A stretch of DNA of 64,000 bases, from assembly GCA_042216725.1 (NCBI GenBank), contig JBDGTP010000034.1, positions 3,574-67,573 on the forward strand, given 5' to 3'. The DNA comes from Haloplanus sp. (GTDB lineage Archaea > Halobacteriota > Halobacteria > Halobacteriales > Haloferacaceae). Numbering within the stretch: position 1 is the first letter of the stretch; the number at the start of each line of letters is the position of its first letter. A model generated the notes under the pieces. That model saw only the letters and a list, made by a program, of their open reading frames with translations. It had not been told where the DNA came from and did not search any database. A program made the position numbers and the translations under genes. This document shows positions 1 to 10,822 of the stretch, piece by piece.

Positions 1-810
1 CGGCACTTCGAGCCAGGGGAGCGTCACACCGAACAGGGTCAACTGCCCGCCCGTGAGACTCGCCCCCGTGAGCAGTACGTCCAGCCCCTGGACGAGGATG
101 AACGCGATAACGAGGCCGAGGACGCCGATCATGGCGAAGACGGCCATGCCGATGAGCCAGTAGGCGCCGTGCTGGCGGCCCTGAGCGCCGTAGCCCTCCT
201 TGGCCTTCGCAGCACTCCAGATTCCCAGCAGCGCACCGTGGATGACGAGCGCGGGCACGAGTTCGGAGCCGGGGAACTCGGCTTCGGTCCAGCCGGGCGT
301 CCAGGTCCACCCGACGTTGATGTGGCCGGCGACGATGGCGTATCCGGCCATCGCGAGGAGAACGGCGATGGGGAGCGTCGAGCCGAGGTCCTCGCGGGGA
401 GACAGCGAACAGAACGCCCCGAGGAGTCCCAGGCCGAGCGCCCCCGAGACCCACACGACGGGCGCGTTGCCGCCCCACTGTGCCGCGACGAGACCACCGA
501 CGACGGCCCACAGCAGGCCGAACACGACACCGACAGTGAGACCGGCATCCTCCGAGGGGGTGCCGTCGACGTAGCCGAAATGCGAGCCGAGGCCGACCAC
601 CAGGAGGCCGGCCGCGATGACGAACAGCGACCCGCCGAGCAGGTGGAAGAGTTCGACCCCGAAGTAGACGCCCCCCTCGTCGAGCCACTGGAAGACGGTG
701 GCCCAGGAGGCCACGAACGCGAGTACCGAGACGATCAGGAGACCGGCCGTGACGACGTCGGCGACGGACGACTCGCCGGTCACCAGCCCGGTGCGTTCGA
801 CATTGCTCAT
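1..810 (-). CDS. pstA: Phosphate ABC transporter permease PstA (runs off window start)
   Basis: ATG at 810-808 overlaps the pstC stop (TGATG); hydrophobic reading frame MSNVERTGLV...; follows pstS-pstC. Confidence 0.8.
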   Translation of the reverse strand, partial: MSNVERTGLVTGESSVADVVTAGLLIVSVLAFVASWATVFQWLDEGGVYFGVELFHLLGGSLFVIAAGLLVVGLGSHFGYVDGTPSEDAGLTVGVVFGLLWAVVGGLVAAQWGGNAPVVWVSGALGLGLLGAFCSLSPREDLGSTLPIAVLLAMAGYAIVAGHINVGWTWTPGWTEAEFPGSELVPALVIHGALLGIWSAAKAKEGYGAQGRQHGAYWLIGMAVFAMIGVLGLVIAFILVQGLDVLLTGASLTGGQLTLFGVTLPWLEVP

Positions 811-1916
811 CAGGACTCACCCCCGAGCTTCCGGTACATCCGCCACTCGATCCACTGGGAGGTGACGCTCAGCACCATCACCAGGAAAAAGAGGACGACG
901 CCGGCCGCGAACAGCGCGCTCATGTGGAGGCCGCTCGCGTTGCCGCCCTCGAAGGCGATGACCGTCGTGAGCGTCTCGCCGTACTTCGCGAACACGTCGA
1001 AGACGGGCGTCGGGAACCCCTTCGTGTGCGAGAGCATGACCGTCGCGGCCATCGTCTCGCCCATGGCGCGCCCGACACCGAGCAGGACGCCCGCGGAGAC
1101 GCCGGACAGCGCCGCCGGGATGGTGACGCTTTTCGTGGTCTGCCAGTTGGTCGAGCCCATGGCCAGCGATCCACTCTTCATCGACTCCGGTACCGTCGAG
1201 AGGGCGTCCTCCGCGACGCTGACGACCGTCGGCAGCGCCATGATGCCGATCATGATGCCGGCCGCGAAGTAGTTCCCAATCGTCGGCGTCCGGAACTCCG
1301 TGTAGAGGTACTGGTTGAAGATGGTGAGACCGATGAAGCCGTACGTGATCGACGGAATTCCCGCCATGAGTTCGATGCCGGGCTTGACGAACTCCCGGAG
1401 CCGACGGGGCGCGATTTCGCTGATGAACACGGCGCCGGCAATACCCAGCGGCGCCGCGATGACCGTCGCGATGACCGTCGTGACCGCGGTGCCGATCATC
1501 ATCGGCGTCAGCGCGTAGACGTTCCGTTGCCCCCACACCGGTTGGCTGGTTCTGGTCAGCAGCGCCAGTCCCATCTCCCGGACGATGGGCGCCGACCGCA
1601 ACAGGAGGAACACGATGATGAGCGACAGGATCGACACCGTCGCGACGGTCGTGAGGAAGGTCAGTCCCTTCACGAGTTCCGCCTGGTACCGAACCCAGCC
1701 CACGGCGGTGATCGCCAGCAGTCCGAGGATCGGGAAGATCGTCCACCGCGATCCCTGCAGGAAGAGGGCGAACGCCGCGGCCGTCGACAGGCCGCCGAGG
1801 CAGTGCATCAGGAGCGCCCCGTCGGCCGTGCGGGCGCGGTAGTTGCGGGCGAACGTGGCGGCCGCTGAGAGGTTGTGCGTCGCGTGGGTGCGTATCGTTT
1901 GTAACATACGTAACAT
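810..1916 (-). CDS. pstC: Phosphate ABC transporter permease PstC
   Basis: Motifs ELMAGIPSITYG, AEDALSTVP, GRAMGETMA; multiple TM helices; exact start uncertain. Confidence 0.92.
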   Translation of the reverse strand: MLRMLQTIRTHATHNLSAAATFARNYRARTADGALLMHCLGGLSTAAAFALFLQGSRWTIFPILGLLAITAVGWVRYQAELVKGLTFLTTVATVSILSLIIVFLLLRSAPIVREMGLALLTRTSQPVWGQRNVYALTPMMIGTAVTTVIATVIAAPLGIAGAVFISEIAPRRLREFVKPGIELMAGIPSITYGFIGLTIFNQYLYTEFRTPTIGNYFAAGIMIGIMALPTVVSVAEDALSTVPESMKSGSLAMGSTNWQTTKSVTIPAALSGVSAGVLLGVGRAMGETMAATVMLSHTKGFPTPVFDVFAKYGETLTTVIAFEGGNASGLHMSALFAAGVVLFFLVMVLSVTSQWIEWRMYRKLGGES

Positions 1917-1964
1917 ACGAAAACGGGAGTGGTCGGGTCGACCGTCGCTCGCCGAACCGCCTCG

Positions 1965-3122
1965 TTACGAGAAGTTGGAGGGAGCGACCTTCTCGCGCTG
2001 GGTCTGGAGGCGGTCTTCGGGGAGCTTGAAGTAGTGGTTCGCCTCGACGAACTTCTTCTGTCCGAAGTCGCTCAGGAGGAAGTTGATGAAGCAGGCTTCC
2101 TTCCGGGAGGTTCCCTCCCACGTGTAGGCGTGGAGGTCACGCGACAGCGGGTACTCCTTGGAGCCGAGGTTCTTGCCGTACTCGTAGACCGTCCCCTCGA
2201 TTTCGAGACCGATGGGCGGCGTCGCGCCGTCGGGCTGGACGAACGCCAGCGCGATGTACGCGATGGCGTTGTCGGCCTGGGCGATGGCCTGCTGGAGCTG
2301 CTGGTTCTGGCCGAAGCGCTGGTCGGGACTGATGGGGGCGTTCGGGTCGCCGAAGACGTTGTTCCGGAAGGCAGTGTCGGTGCCGGAGCCCTCGGCGCGG
2401 CCGAGCGCGAGGATGTCGCGATCCGGACCGCCAAGCTCCGACCAGTTGGTGATCTCCTGTCGATAGATCGCCTTGAGTTGATCGAGCGTGATCTGGGTGA
2501 CGCCCGCGTCGTAGATTTCGCGGCTGACGACGATCGGCTGACCGTCGACGCCGACGACGTGGTCGGTGAACTTGTCGAGCGTCGACTGGCTCACGCCGGA
2601 GCCGGCGAGTTCGGCCTTCGCCGGCGCGGAGGAGTCGCCGATGTCGACACGACCCTCCATGACGCCCTTGACGCCCGTTCCGGAGTGGGAGAGCGCAATG
2701 CTCACGCGGAACGGCGGCACCGAGCGCTTGCCCGTCGCCTCGTAGCCGTAGTCCTGGGCGAAGTAGTCCGCGAGGCGCATGTCCGTGTTGTACGTCTCCT
2801 GGGCCCACGACTTGGGCCAGTAGTCCTCGTCGCCCGCCTCGGGGTTGGAGTTCCAGTAACTCGACGCGGTGTTCGTGATCGGGAACACCGTCGAGGAGCC
2901 GTCACCGGTCAGGACGCTCGTGTCCATCCCGTCCTCGGCGCTCTCGGTTTCGGTCGGCGTCGCGTTCGACCCGCCGTCGCTCCCGCTTTCGCCCCCGCTC
3001 CCGCCACCGCCACCGGACTGGCCGCCACAGCCCGCGAGTCCAGTGACCGCCCCCGCGCCAGTGACCGCCAGGAATTTCCGCCGCGATGCTTCGTCGAGTA
3101 CGCGCTTTGGATCGGCCGTCAT
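1965..3122 (-). CDS. pstS: Phosphate ABC transporter substrate-binding lipoprotein PstS (Tat)
   Basis: SRRKFL twin-arginine signal, LAGC lipobox, GSSTVFP, HSGTG, SGTDTAF, YPLSRDL. Confidence 0.92.
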   Translation of the reverse strand: MTADPKRVLDEASRRKFLAVTGAGAVTGLAGCGGQSGGGGGSGGESGSDGGSNATPTETESAEDGMDTSVLTGDGSSTVFPITNTASSYWNSNPEAGDEDYWPKSWAQETYNTDMRLADYFAQDYGYEATGKRSVPPFRVSIALSHSGTGVKGVMEGRVDIGDSSAPAKAELAGSGVSQSTLDKFTDHVVGVDGQPIVVSREIYDAGVTQITLDQLKAIYRQEITNWSELGGPDRDILALGRAEGSGTDTAFRNNVFGDPNAPISPDQRFGQNQQLQQAIAQADNAIAYIALAFVQPDGATPPIGLEIEGTVYEYGKNLGSKEYPLSRDLHAYTWEGTSRKEACFINFLLSDFGQKKFVEANHYFKLPEDRLQTQREKVAPSNFS

Positions 3123-3281
3123 CACGTAGACGAGGCCCAGTTCATACAAAATGGCTTTATATGAGGGGTCCAGGTGGGTTCGTACCGCTCTGATGGGTCG
3201 GTTGTCGACCGGTGGGCTACGTTGCGCTATATATCCCCACCGAGGACAACCCCTTTGCCCGCCGCCCGCTCACACGTCACC

Positions 3282-4097
3282 ATGGAGTGCGAGCGGTGGC
3301 GGTTGATCCGGGAGGAGGGGTGGTCGGGGCCGATGAACATGGCGCTCGACGAGATTGCGGCGGAGACAGTCGCCGACGGCGGCCCCCGAACACTCCGGGT
3401 GTACCGGTGGGAGCCGAGCACGCTCTCCCTGGGCTACCACCAGAACCCCGACACCGTCGACTGGGACTACTGCGACCGGGAGGGTATCGGCGTCACTCGC
3501 CGTCCGACGGGCGGCGGCGGCATCTACCACGATACCCACGGCGACATCTCCTACACCATCGTCGCGCCGGCCGACGAGTTCCCCGGTGACCTCGTGGAGT
3601 CGTATCATCAGCTCTGCGTTCCGATCCTCGACGCCTTCGAGCGCATGGGCGTGCCCGCAACCTTCGCCGAGGAGGAACGGCCCGCGGTGTATCCCCCGGC
3701 CTGCTACCTGCGCGAACTCCACGCCGCACACGACGTGGTCGTCGCCGCCGACGACGGTGCCCGGAAGGTGAGCGGCAACGCCCAGCACCGCCGCACCGAC
3801 GCCGTCGTCCAACACGGCTCGCTCACGTACGCGGTGCGACCGGAGCGCCACCTGTCGGTGTTCGCTGACCCCGGCGTCGACGCCGCGGCGTTCCGTGAGC
3901 GCGTGACGGGCATCGAGGATCACGCCGACGTGAGCCGGTCGGACGCAGTCGCCGCCGTCGAGGACGCTCTGCGGGAGTGGGCGGCGGCGACGGCGGGCGA
4001 CTGGACCGACGACGAACTCGCACGGGCACGGGAACGGGCCGAGGAGAAGTACGCGAGCGACGAGTGGACGACCAGACGGCCGGACGGTCGGCGGTGA
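3282..4097 (+). CDS. Lipoate-protein ligase family protein
   Basis: [29 protein letters not shown] motifs. Confidence 0.88.
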   Translation: MECERWRLIREEGWSGPMNMALDEIAAETVADGGPRTLRVYRWEPSTLSLGYHQNPDTVDWDYCDREGIGVTRRPTGGGGIYHDTHGDISYTIVAPADEFPGDLVESYHQLCVPILDAFERMGVPATFAEEERPAVYPPACYLRELHAAHDVVVAADDGARKVSGNAQHRRTDAVVQHGSLTYAVRPERHLSVFADPGVDAAAFRERVTGIEDHADVSRSDAVAAVEDALREWAAATAGDWTDDELARARERAEEKYASDEWTTRRPDGRR

Positions 4098-4098
4098 G

Positions 4099-4323
4099 TT
4101 ACTGGAAGCTGACCGTCTCGGGGTCGGCCGGGTCGAGTTCGGCCGCGGTCGCCTCGTGTCCCTCGGTGACGGGCGGGGCGCGGGGCGAGGGCGGGCGATC
4201 CCGTGGTCGCCGCTGGCGACCCAGTCGTACTCCCGGAACGACCACCACCCGTCGCTGCAGTCGGGGCTGAAACCGACCGTGGAGACGGTGAGCCGGTCGA
4301 TCCGTGACCAGCGATCCGAGCAT
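4099..4323 (-). CDS. Small hypothetical protein (74 aa)
   Basis: GGAGGTG immediately before ATG; fills gap between convergent genes; acidic C-terminus ...[13 protein letters not shown]; Arg-rich N-half is atypical. Confidence 0.35.
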   Translation of the reverse strand: MLGSLVTDRPAHRLHGRFQPRLQRRVVVVPGVRLGRQRRPRDRPPSPRAPPVTEGHEATAAELDPADPETVSFQ

Positions 4324-4428
4324 CACCTCCGCCCGTGTCCGGTGCGAACGGCGACGACGAACCCGTTCGCCCGGCGTGGCGCCGCCCGGATGCGAAGCGC
4401 CTTTGCGCGCCCGCGCCCTCTCGCTGAT

Positions 4429-5262
4429 ATGCGAATCGGAGCACACGTGTCGGTCGCCGGCGGTGTCGACAATGCCGTCGACAACCAGCGCGATGTCGGC
4501 GGCAACTGCGGGCAGATCTTCACACACTCCCCGCAGGTCTGGCAGCATCCGAACGTCGGCGACGACGAGGCTGCCGCCTTCCGGGCGGATACCGCCGACC
4601 ATCTCGACGGCCCCTGGGTCATCCACTCCTCGTACCTCGTCAACCTCTGTACGCCGAAAGCCGACCTGCGCGAGAAGTCCATCCACAGCATGCAACGGGA
4701 GGTCGACGCCGCCGCGACGCTCGACATCCCCTACGTCAACGTTCACCTCGGCGCTCACACGGGCGCGGGCGTCGAACAGGGGCTCGCCAACGCCGTCAGC
4801 GCGCTCGACGAACTCGACGTGCCCGAGAGCGTGACCGTCCTCGTCGAGAGCGACGCCGGAAGCGGCACGAAACTCGGCGGCGACTTCGAACACCTGGCGA
4901 CGGTACTCGACCGGTGTGCCCACGACCTGGGCGTCTGCCTCGATACGGCCCACGCCTTCGCCGCCGGATACGACCTCTCGACGCCCGAGGGCGTCGACGA
5001 GACGGTCGACGCCTTCGACGACATCGTCGGCCTCGAACACCTGGACTGCATCCACCTCAACGACTCGAAACACGCCTGCGGGACGAACAAGGACGAACAC
5101 GCCCACATCGGCGAGGGAGAGATCGGCGTCGACGGTATGCGCCGGATCGTCTCCCACCCTGACCTGCGGGACTGCCCGTTCGTGCTGGAGACGCCGACGG
5201 AGAACGGCAAGGGCTTCGCGTGGAACATCGAACGCGCGCGCGCCCTCCGGGACGGGGCCTGA
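4429..5262 (+). CDS. nfo: Endonuclease IV (AP endonuclease family 2)
   Basis: [42 protein letters not shown] metal-ligand motifs. Confidence 0.93.
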   Translation: MRIGAHVSVAGGVDNAVDNQRDVGGNCGQIFTHSPQVWQHPNVGDDEAAAFRADTADHLDGPWVIHSSYLVNLCTPKADLREKSIHSMQREVDAAATLDIPYVNVHLGAHTGAGVEQGLANAVSALDELDVPESVTVLVESDAGSGTKLGGDFEHLATVLDRCAHDLGVCLDTAHAFAAGYDLSTPEGVDETVDAFDDIVGLEHLDCIHLNDSKHACGTNKDEHAHIGEGEIGVDGMRRIVSHPDLRDCPFVLETPTENGKGFAWNIERARALRDGA

Positions 5263-5326
5263 GAACCACGGCCGTCGCTCCGAGGTTCGGGGCGTTTTTC
5301 TCACGACCATCCGTAGCGAGCGACGA

Positions 5327-6559
5327 ATGAGACAGCTCACGAGACGTGACGTACTCGTCGGACTCGGGGCGGCCGGCGTCGGCACGACTCTCGGCGTCCG
5401 TGACGCCCGCGCGGCCGACCCGATAACGGTCGCCACCCGCAACTGCTATCTCGGCGCCGACCTCTTTCGACTCCTCGCGGCGGCGAGCACCGAGGAGCGG
5501 ACGATTCGAGAGGCGGTGAGCGCCCTCATCGACGCGGTGGATCGGAGCCATCCCGGGCGACGACTCGACGCCATCGCGGGCGAACTCGCCCGGACGGAAC
5601 CGGATCTGGTCGGCGTTCAGGAGGCCGCATTGATCCGGACGGGGGCGCCGAGCGACGGCACGACACCGACCGCGACCGACGTGCGCTATGACTTCCGTGA
5701 GCGCCTCCTGTCGGCGCTCGACTCGCGTGACCGATCTTACCGCGTCGTCGCGGCGACGACGACCGTCGACGTGCAGTTTCCGGCGACGGTCGACGGCGAG
5801 CCCCGCGCCCTGCGCCTGACCGACCGCGACCTGCTTCTCGCCCGCGACACCGTGGCGACGGCCGATCCGGTCACCGACACCTTCGACGCGTCGCTCTCGG
5901 TGACCCGGGGCGGCCGCACGCTCACGGTCGAACGCGGGTACGGCGTCGCCGACGCGACGGTCGGCGACCGCCGCCTCACGTTCTGTAATACACACCTCGA
6001 ATCGGTGGCGGCGGCGACACGAACGGCGCAGGCGGCGGAGCTCCGGTCGGTGCTTGCCGACCGCCGGGAACGGGTCGTTCTCGTCGGCGACTGCAACAGC
6101 GGCCCGGGGGCGTCGACGGCGGCGTACGACCGCCTCACGGAGCGGTTTACGGACGTCGCGAGCGACGCGGGGAACACCTGCTGTCACGCGGCCGACCTCC
6201 GGAACGCGAAGCCGTCGCTCGACGCGCGGGTCGATCACGTCCTCGTTCGGGGCGATCTCCGCGCGACCGAGGTGACGCGCGTGGGGACCGACCCGAACGA
6301 GCGAATCGCCGTCGCGGGTGATCGCCTCTGGCCGTCCGATCACGCGGGCGTGGTGGCGACGGTGACGACGAGCGAGGAGACGGCCGCGGCGACCCCCACC
6401 CTGACTCCGGCACGAACCCCGACGCCGTCGCCGACCGCTACCGCGACGGCGACCCCGACGACTACCGAGACGGGAGGCGCCGCCCCCGGGTTCGGCGCCG
6501 TCCCAGCCGCCGCCTCGCTCGTCGCCGCGGCCCTCGCCGCGCGTCGGCACGACGACTGA
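5327..6559 (+). CDS. Secreted endonuclease/exonuclease/phosphatase (EEP) family protein with Tat signal and PGF-CTERM anchor
   Basis: TRRDVL signal; GVQE, NTHL, GDCN, DHVL, SDH motifs; Thr/Pro linker then PGF-hydrophobic-RR C-terminus. Confidence 0.85.
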   Translation: MRQLTRRDVLVGLGAAGVGTTLGVRDARAADPITVATRNCYLGADLFRLLAAASTEERTIREAVSALIDAVDRSHPGRRLDAIAGELARTEPDLVGVQEAALIRTGAPSDGTTPTATDVRYDFRERLLSALDSRDRSYRVVAATTTVDVQFPATVDGEPRALRLTDRDLLLARDTVATADPVTDTFDASLSVTRGGRTLTVERGYGVADATVGDRRLTFCNTHLESVAAATRTAQAAELRSVLADRRERVVLVGDCNSGPGASTAAYDRLTERFTDVASDAGNTCCHAADLRNAKPSLDARVDHVLVRGDLRATEVTRVGTDPNERIAVAGDRLWPSDHAGVVATVTTSEETAAATPTLTPARTPTPSPTATATATPTTTETGGAAPGFGAVPAAASLVAAALAARRHDD

Positions 6560-6588
6560 CTTTTGAGGCCCGACGCGGAAGGGCTCGT

Positions 6589-7386
6589 GTGCGCAGATTC
6601 TCGGCCGACTACCTCCGGCGAACGCGCGAGGGCCTGTGGTCGTCGCGGGCGGCGCTCGCCGCCCTCGACCTGCCGAGACGCGACCGGGTGCTCGACGTTG
6701 GCTGTGGGACGGGCGAACTCACTCGCGTCCTCGCGGAGGAGTCGGACGGCGAGGTGGTCGGCGTCGACGCCGACCCGGCGCTCCTGCGGGTCGCTCGCGA
6801 GGAGACGGGACTGCCGGTCGTCGCGGGCGACGCCCACCGGCTTCCCTTCCCGGAAGGCGCGTTCGATCTCGTGGCGTGTCAAGCTCTCCTCGTGAACCTG
6901 CCCCGTCCGGTCGACGCCGTCCGGGAGTTCCGCCGTGTAGCGAGTGCGGCCGTGGCGGCCATCGAACCCGACAACGCGGACGTGGCGGTGGAGTCGACGG
7001 TCGACCGCGAGGCCGCCCTCGAACGCCGCGTTCGCGAGGCGTATCTCGAAGGCGTCGGAACCGACGTCGCCCTCGGCGACCGGGCCGCGGCGGCGTTCGA
7101 GTCGGCCGGGCTGGTCGACGTGACGACGCGCCGCCACTACCACCGGAAGGTGATCGAACCGCCGTACGGCGAGGCCGACCTCCGGGACGCGACCCGGAAG
7201 GCGACGGGTGCGGGGCTGGCCGACCACGAGACGGAACTCCGACGGGCGGTCGGTGACGAGTACGACGACCTCCGGACGGCGTGGCGCGAGATGGGACGGG
7301 AAGTGGTCGAGGCGATGCAGGAAGGAACGTATCGCCGCGCCGAGGTGGTACCGTTCGACGTGACGGTGGGACGGATACCTGAGTGA
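6589..7386 (+). CDS. Class I SAM-dependent methyltransferase
   Basis: VLDVGCGTG motif I, GDAHRLPF, FDLV. Confidence 0.88.
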   Translation: MRRFSADYLRRTREGLWSSRAALAALDLPRRDRVLDVGCGTGELTRVLAEESDGEVVGVDADPALLRVAREETGLPVVAGDAHRLPFPEGAFDLVACQALLVNLPRPVDAVREFRRVASAAVAAIEPDNADVAVESTVDREAALERRVREAYLEGVGTDVALGDRAAAAFESAGLVDVTTRRHYHRKVIEPPYGEADLRDATRKATGAGLADHETELRRAVGDEYDDLRTAWREMGREVVEAMQEGTYRRAEVVPFDVTVGRIPE

Positions 7387-7519
7387 AGGCTCAACGGGGA
7401 GCGCGCGGCCAGCGACGCCACGGTCTGACCGTCGTCGCGGGGCGGGTCGCGGTGGCGTGACACCGACGCTCCGCGGGCGAACCGACCGGAGTCACCTGGT
7501 CGCTACGCCACGGCGAGCG

Positions 7520-8206
7520 TTACACCACGTCGCCCCGAACCGTCCGCCCCGTGTGTTCGGCGCGACGCTCGCGCATCACGTCGGCCGCCTCGGCGGCCGT
7601 CCCCTCGTCCAGGCCCAGTATCTCCAACGCCTCGGGGAGCGTCGGGAAGGCGAGTTCGCCGCCGCGGAGTTTCGCCATCGCCTCGTCGTCACGCCGGCCG
7701 TCGGCCCACAGGCAGACGCCACGGGGATCGAGGATCTCGCCGTAGGCCTCGCGGGCCACCGCTCCCCGGAGTCGCTGGGTGACGTTGTCCGAAAAGGAGG
7801 CGTTGCACACTTCCAGGTGGATCGGTTCGTCGTCGTCGACGAGGTGGGCGGCGAGACACCGTTCCGGCGCCGCGTGGCCGTTGTCGTTCGCCCGGAGGTG
7901 TTCGGGGTACGTCTCGGCCCAGTCGGCGTCGACGGTCTTGCCGACGCCCGCGACCCCGAATCGCTCCTCGAACGCGGCCGCACGGTCGTCGTCGCCGCGC
8001 ATGAGGAGATCCTTGGTGACGTACACGTCGAGGCGGTCGATTGGGTCGAGGCCGAGGGCCACGTCGCCGTACACCCACACCTCGCGAACGGGAACCGGCA
8101 GGAGCGGTGGGTCGTCGGCGTCCGACGCCGTCCCGTCGCTCGTGGACGCGCGTTGAACCGTATCGACGAGCTTCGCAACCCGGTCGAGGGCGGCGTCTCG
8201 ATCCAT
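7520..8206 (-). CDS. Conserved haloarchaeal hypothetical protein (nucleotidyltransferase-like signature)
   Basis: Acidic ORF with VWVYGDVALGLDPIDRLDVY; divergent from ncsA. Confidence 0.75.
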   Translation of the reverse strand: MDRDAALDRVAKLVDTVQRASTSDGTASDADDPPLLPVPVREVWVYGDVALGLDPIDRLDVYVTKDLLMRGDDDRAAAFEERFGVAGVGKTVDADWAETYPEHLRANDNGHAAPERCLAAHLVDDDEPIHLEVCNASFSDNVTQRLRGAVAREAYGEILDPRGVCLWADGRRDDEAMAKLRGGELAFPTLPEALEILGLDEGTAAEAADVMRERRAEHTGRTVRGDVV

Positions 8207-8295
8207 CGGTCTCACGCGCCCTTGCGCCCCGGCGGGCAAAACGGTTTCTCACCGAGACGAAACCGTGATACGCGCCGCCCAGCAAGGGGGCGTCG

Positions 8296-9261
8296 ATGGA
8301 GTGTGACAAGTGCGGCCGCGAGGCAGTGATGCACGCGGCGTACTCGGGGGCCCACCTCTGTGACGACCACTTCCGCGAGTCGGTCGAGAAGCGAGTGCGC
8401 CGCCGCATCCGGGAGGACGGCCTCCTGCCGGCGGACGCCTCGCCGGAGAACCCCCAGACGTGGGTGATCGGCCTCTCCGGCGGCAAGGACAGCGTCGTGT
8501 TGACGCATATCCTCGACGAGACGTTCGGCCGCGATCCCCGGATCGACCTGGTCGCGCTCTCGATCCACGAGGGGATCGAGGGCTACCGCGACGAGAGCCT
8601 GGACGCCTGCGAGGCGGTGACCGCGGATCGCGACCTGCGCCACGAGGTGGTGTCGTACGCCGACGAACTCGGCGTCCGGATGGACGACGTGGTGGAGAAA
8701 GACCCCGAAGACATGGCGGCCTGTGCGTACTGTGGCGTGTTTCGCCGCGACCTGCTGGAACGCTACGCCGACGAACTCGGCGCGGACAAACTCCTGACGG
8801 GCCACAACCTCGACGACGAGGCCCAGACGGCGCTCATGAACTTCTTCGAAGGCGATCTGAAACAGATGGCCACCCACTTCGACGCGAGTCTGGGCGCGTT
8901 CGACCGCCGAACCGAGAGCGCCCACTTCGTCCCGCGGGCCAAACCCTTGCGTGACGTGCCCGAAAAGGAGGTGGCGCTGTACGCCCACCTCGCGAACCTG
9001 CCAGCCCACGTCGCGGAGTGCCCGCACGCCAGCGAGGCCTACCGGGGCGAGATCCAGCGACTCCTGCTCGAGATGGAGGAGAACCACCCGGGGACGCGTC
9101 ACTCCATCATGGCGGGCTACGAGGAACTCGCGGAACTGGCCGCCCAGCGGTACCGCGACGAGGGCGGGCGCGACCTGAGCGAGTGCGACCGCTGTGGGTC
9201 GAGTACGAGCGGTCGGATCTGCCGAAAATGCCGCCTCGTCCAGTCGATCGAGGCAGTGTAA
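8296..9261 (+). CDS. ncsA: tRNA 2-thiolation protein NcsA (TtuA/Ctu1 family)
   Basis: N- and C-terminal CxxC Zn fingers, PP-loop SGGKDS, CAYC, GHNLDDEAQ; adjacent to ftsZ2. Confidence 0.92.
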   Translation: MECDKCGREAVMHAAYSGAHLCDDHFRESVEKRVRRRIREDGLLPADASPENPQTWVIGLSGGKDSVVLTHILDETFGRDPRIDLVALSIHEGIEGYRDESLDACEAVTADRDLRHEVVSYADELGVRMDDVVEKDPEDMAACAYCGVFRRDLLERYADELGADKLLTGHNLDDEAQTALMNFFEGDLKQMATHFDASLGAFDRRTESAHFVPRAKPLRDVPEKEVALYAHLANLPAHVAECPHASEAYRGEIQRLLLEMEENHPGTRHSIMAGYEELAELAAQRYRDEGGRDLSECDRCGSSTSGRICRKCRLVQSIEAV

Positions 9262-9277
9262 AAAGCCGTCGCGGTCG

Positions 9278-10447
9278 TTATCGGATCACGTCGACGCCGT
9301 TACGCTGGTCGACCTGATCGCGACCGCCGTCGGACCAGGACGCCTGATCCTGTCCGACGTTGTCGCTCGCGTCGAATTCCGAAACGTCCTCGCCGTTGAT
9401 ACTGCGGCGGGATTTCTCCGCCTGCCGCTGTGTCGACGGGCCGAGAACTTGCGCGCTCTGGACGCCGGTCATGATGGCCATGACCCGCACCTTGCCCTTG
9501 TACTCCTCCTGGATGCGCGCGCCCCAGATGACGTTGGCGCTCGCCTCCAAGCGCTCGGTGATGTTGTTGGCGATGCCCTCGGCCTCTTTCAGCGTGAGGT
9601 CGGGGCCGCCCGTGATGTGGACGAGACCACCGGACGCACCGCGGTAGTCCACGTCCAAGAGCGGGTGGTTCATCGCCTCGCTGACCACGTCCTGGGTCTT
9701 GTTCTTGTCCTGGGACTCGCCGACGAGCATCACCGCGACGCCGCCCTGGTTCATGATCGTGGACATGTCCGCGTAGTCCAGGTTGATGAGCGAGGGCTGG
9801 GTGATGGTCTCGGAGATGCCCTTGACCGTCTCGGCGATGATCTGGTCCATCACCGAGAACGCCTTGCCGATGGGCAGGTTGGGCACGTAGTCGAGCAGGC
9901 GGTTGTTGTCGAGGACGATGATCGAGTCGGCCTCGCCGCGCAGCCGTTCGAGGCCCTCCTCGGCTTTCACCGTGCGGGCGCGCTCGACGTTGAACGGCGT
10001 CGACACCATGCCGACGACGATGGCGCCCTGCTCTTTGGCAATCTTGGAGATAACGGGCGCGGCACCGGTACCCGTGCCACCACCCATGCCGGCGGTCACG
10101 AAGACGAGGTCGGCCTCGCCCAGCACTTCCTTGATCGTCCCCTGGGCCATCTCGGTGGCCCGTTCGCCCATCGAGGGGTCGCCACCGGCACCGAGCCCCT
10201 GCGTCAGGGACTTGCCGACGAGGATCTTCGTGTCGGCCTCGATCATCTTCAGGTGCTGTTTGTCGGTGTTGATAGCGACCGTCTCCGCGCCGTCGACGCC
10301 GATGTTGTAGAGCCGGTTGACCGTGTTGTTCCCGGCACCGCCGGCTCCGACGATGACGATCCGCGGGTCACCGAACGAGCCGTCCTCGTCTGCGTCCCGC
10401 TGTTCGTCTTCCTCGTGCTGGATGGCGTCGTCGATGAATCCCTGCAT
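9278..10447 (-). CDS. ftsZ2: Cell division protein FtsZ2
   Basis: [13 protein letters not shown], tubulin signature [16 protein letters not shown]; downstream of cdrS. Confidence 0.96.
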   Translation of the reverse strand: MQGFIDDAIQHEEDEQRDADEDGSFGDPRIVIVGAGGAGNNTVNRLYNIGVDGAETVAINTDKQHLKMIEADTKILVGKSLTQGLGAGGDPSMGERATEMAQGTIKEVLGEADLVFVTAGMGGGTGTGAAPVISKIAKEQGAIVVGMVSTPFNVERARTVKAEEGLERLRGEADSIIVLDNNRLLDYVPNLPIGKAFSVMDQIIAETVKGISETITQPSLINLDYADMSTIMNQGGVAVMLVGESQDKNKTQDVVSEAMNHPLLDVDYRGASGGLVHITGGPDLTLKEAEGIANNITERLEASANVIWGARIQEEYKGKVRVMAIMTGVQSAQVLGPSTQRQAEKSRRSINGEDVSEFDASDNVGQDQASWSDGGRDQVDQRNGVDVIR

Positions 10448-10449
10448 CG

Positions 10450-10632
10450 TCACACCTTCGCCCAGCTACGGTTGCGTTTGCGCTTGTCGTCACGGGACTC
10501 GCTCTGTTCGTTGAGCATCTCGCGGACGGCCGATCGGATGGCCTCGCTTCGATTCGGGAACTCTCCCGTCTCGACCATCTGTTCGACCTCCTCGATCTGC
10601 TGCTTCGGAATTCGTAGTGTCACACGCTCCAT
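10450..10632 (-). CDS. cdrS: Ribbon-helix-helix regulator CdrS
   Basis: MERVTLRIP...[15 protein letters not shown], 60 aa, directly upstream of ftsZ2. Confidence 0.92.
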   Translation of the reverse strand: MERVTLRIPKQQIEEVEQMVETGEFPNRSEAIRSAVREMLNEQSESRDDKRKRNRSWAKV

Positions 10633-10647
10633 GGTTGCATTCCCCCG

Positions 10648-10804
10648 GTAAGACGGAAGGGGTATCACCCCGCATCCTGTCTTACGCCCCCAGCCGGCCG
10701 TCGGAGGCGCTCTACCTCCGGAACCGGTGGTGCTGTAAGACGACCGTCTTACGCGAACGTACCAACAAACCAATACCTTATAAAACTAACGGCCGTTGTA
10801 AGAC
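10648..10804 (-). promoter_or_regulatory. cdrS-ftsZ2 promoter with TATA box and five GTAAGAC/GTCTTAC sites
   Basis: TTTTATAA on minus strand at ~10778-10785; motif copies at 10648, 10679, 10735, 10746, 10798. Confidence 0.65.
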
Positions 10805-10822
10805 AAACGGGGCGAGAGTCGT

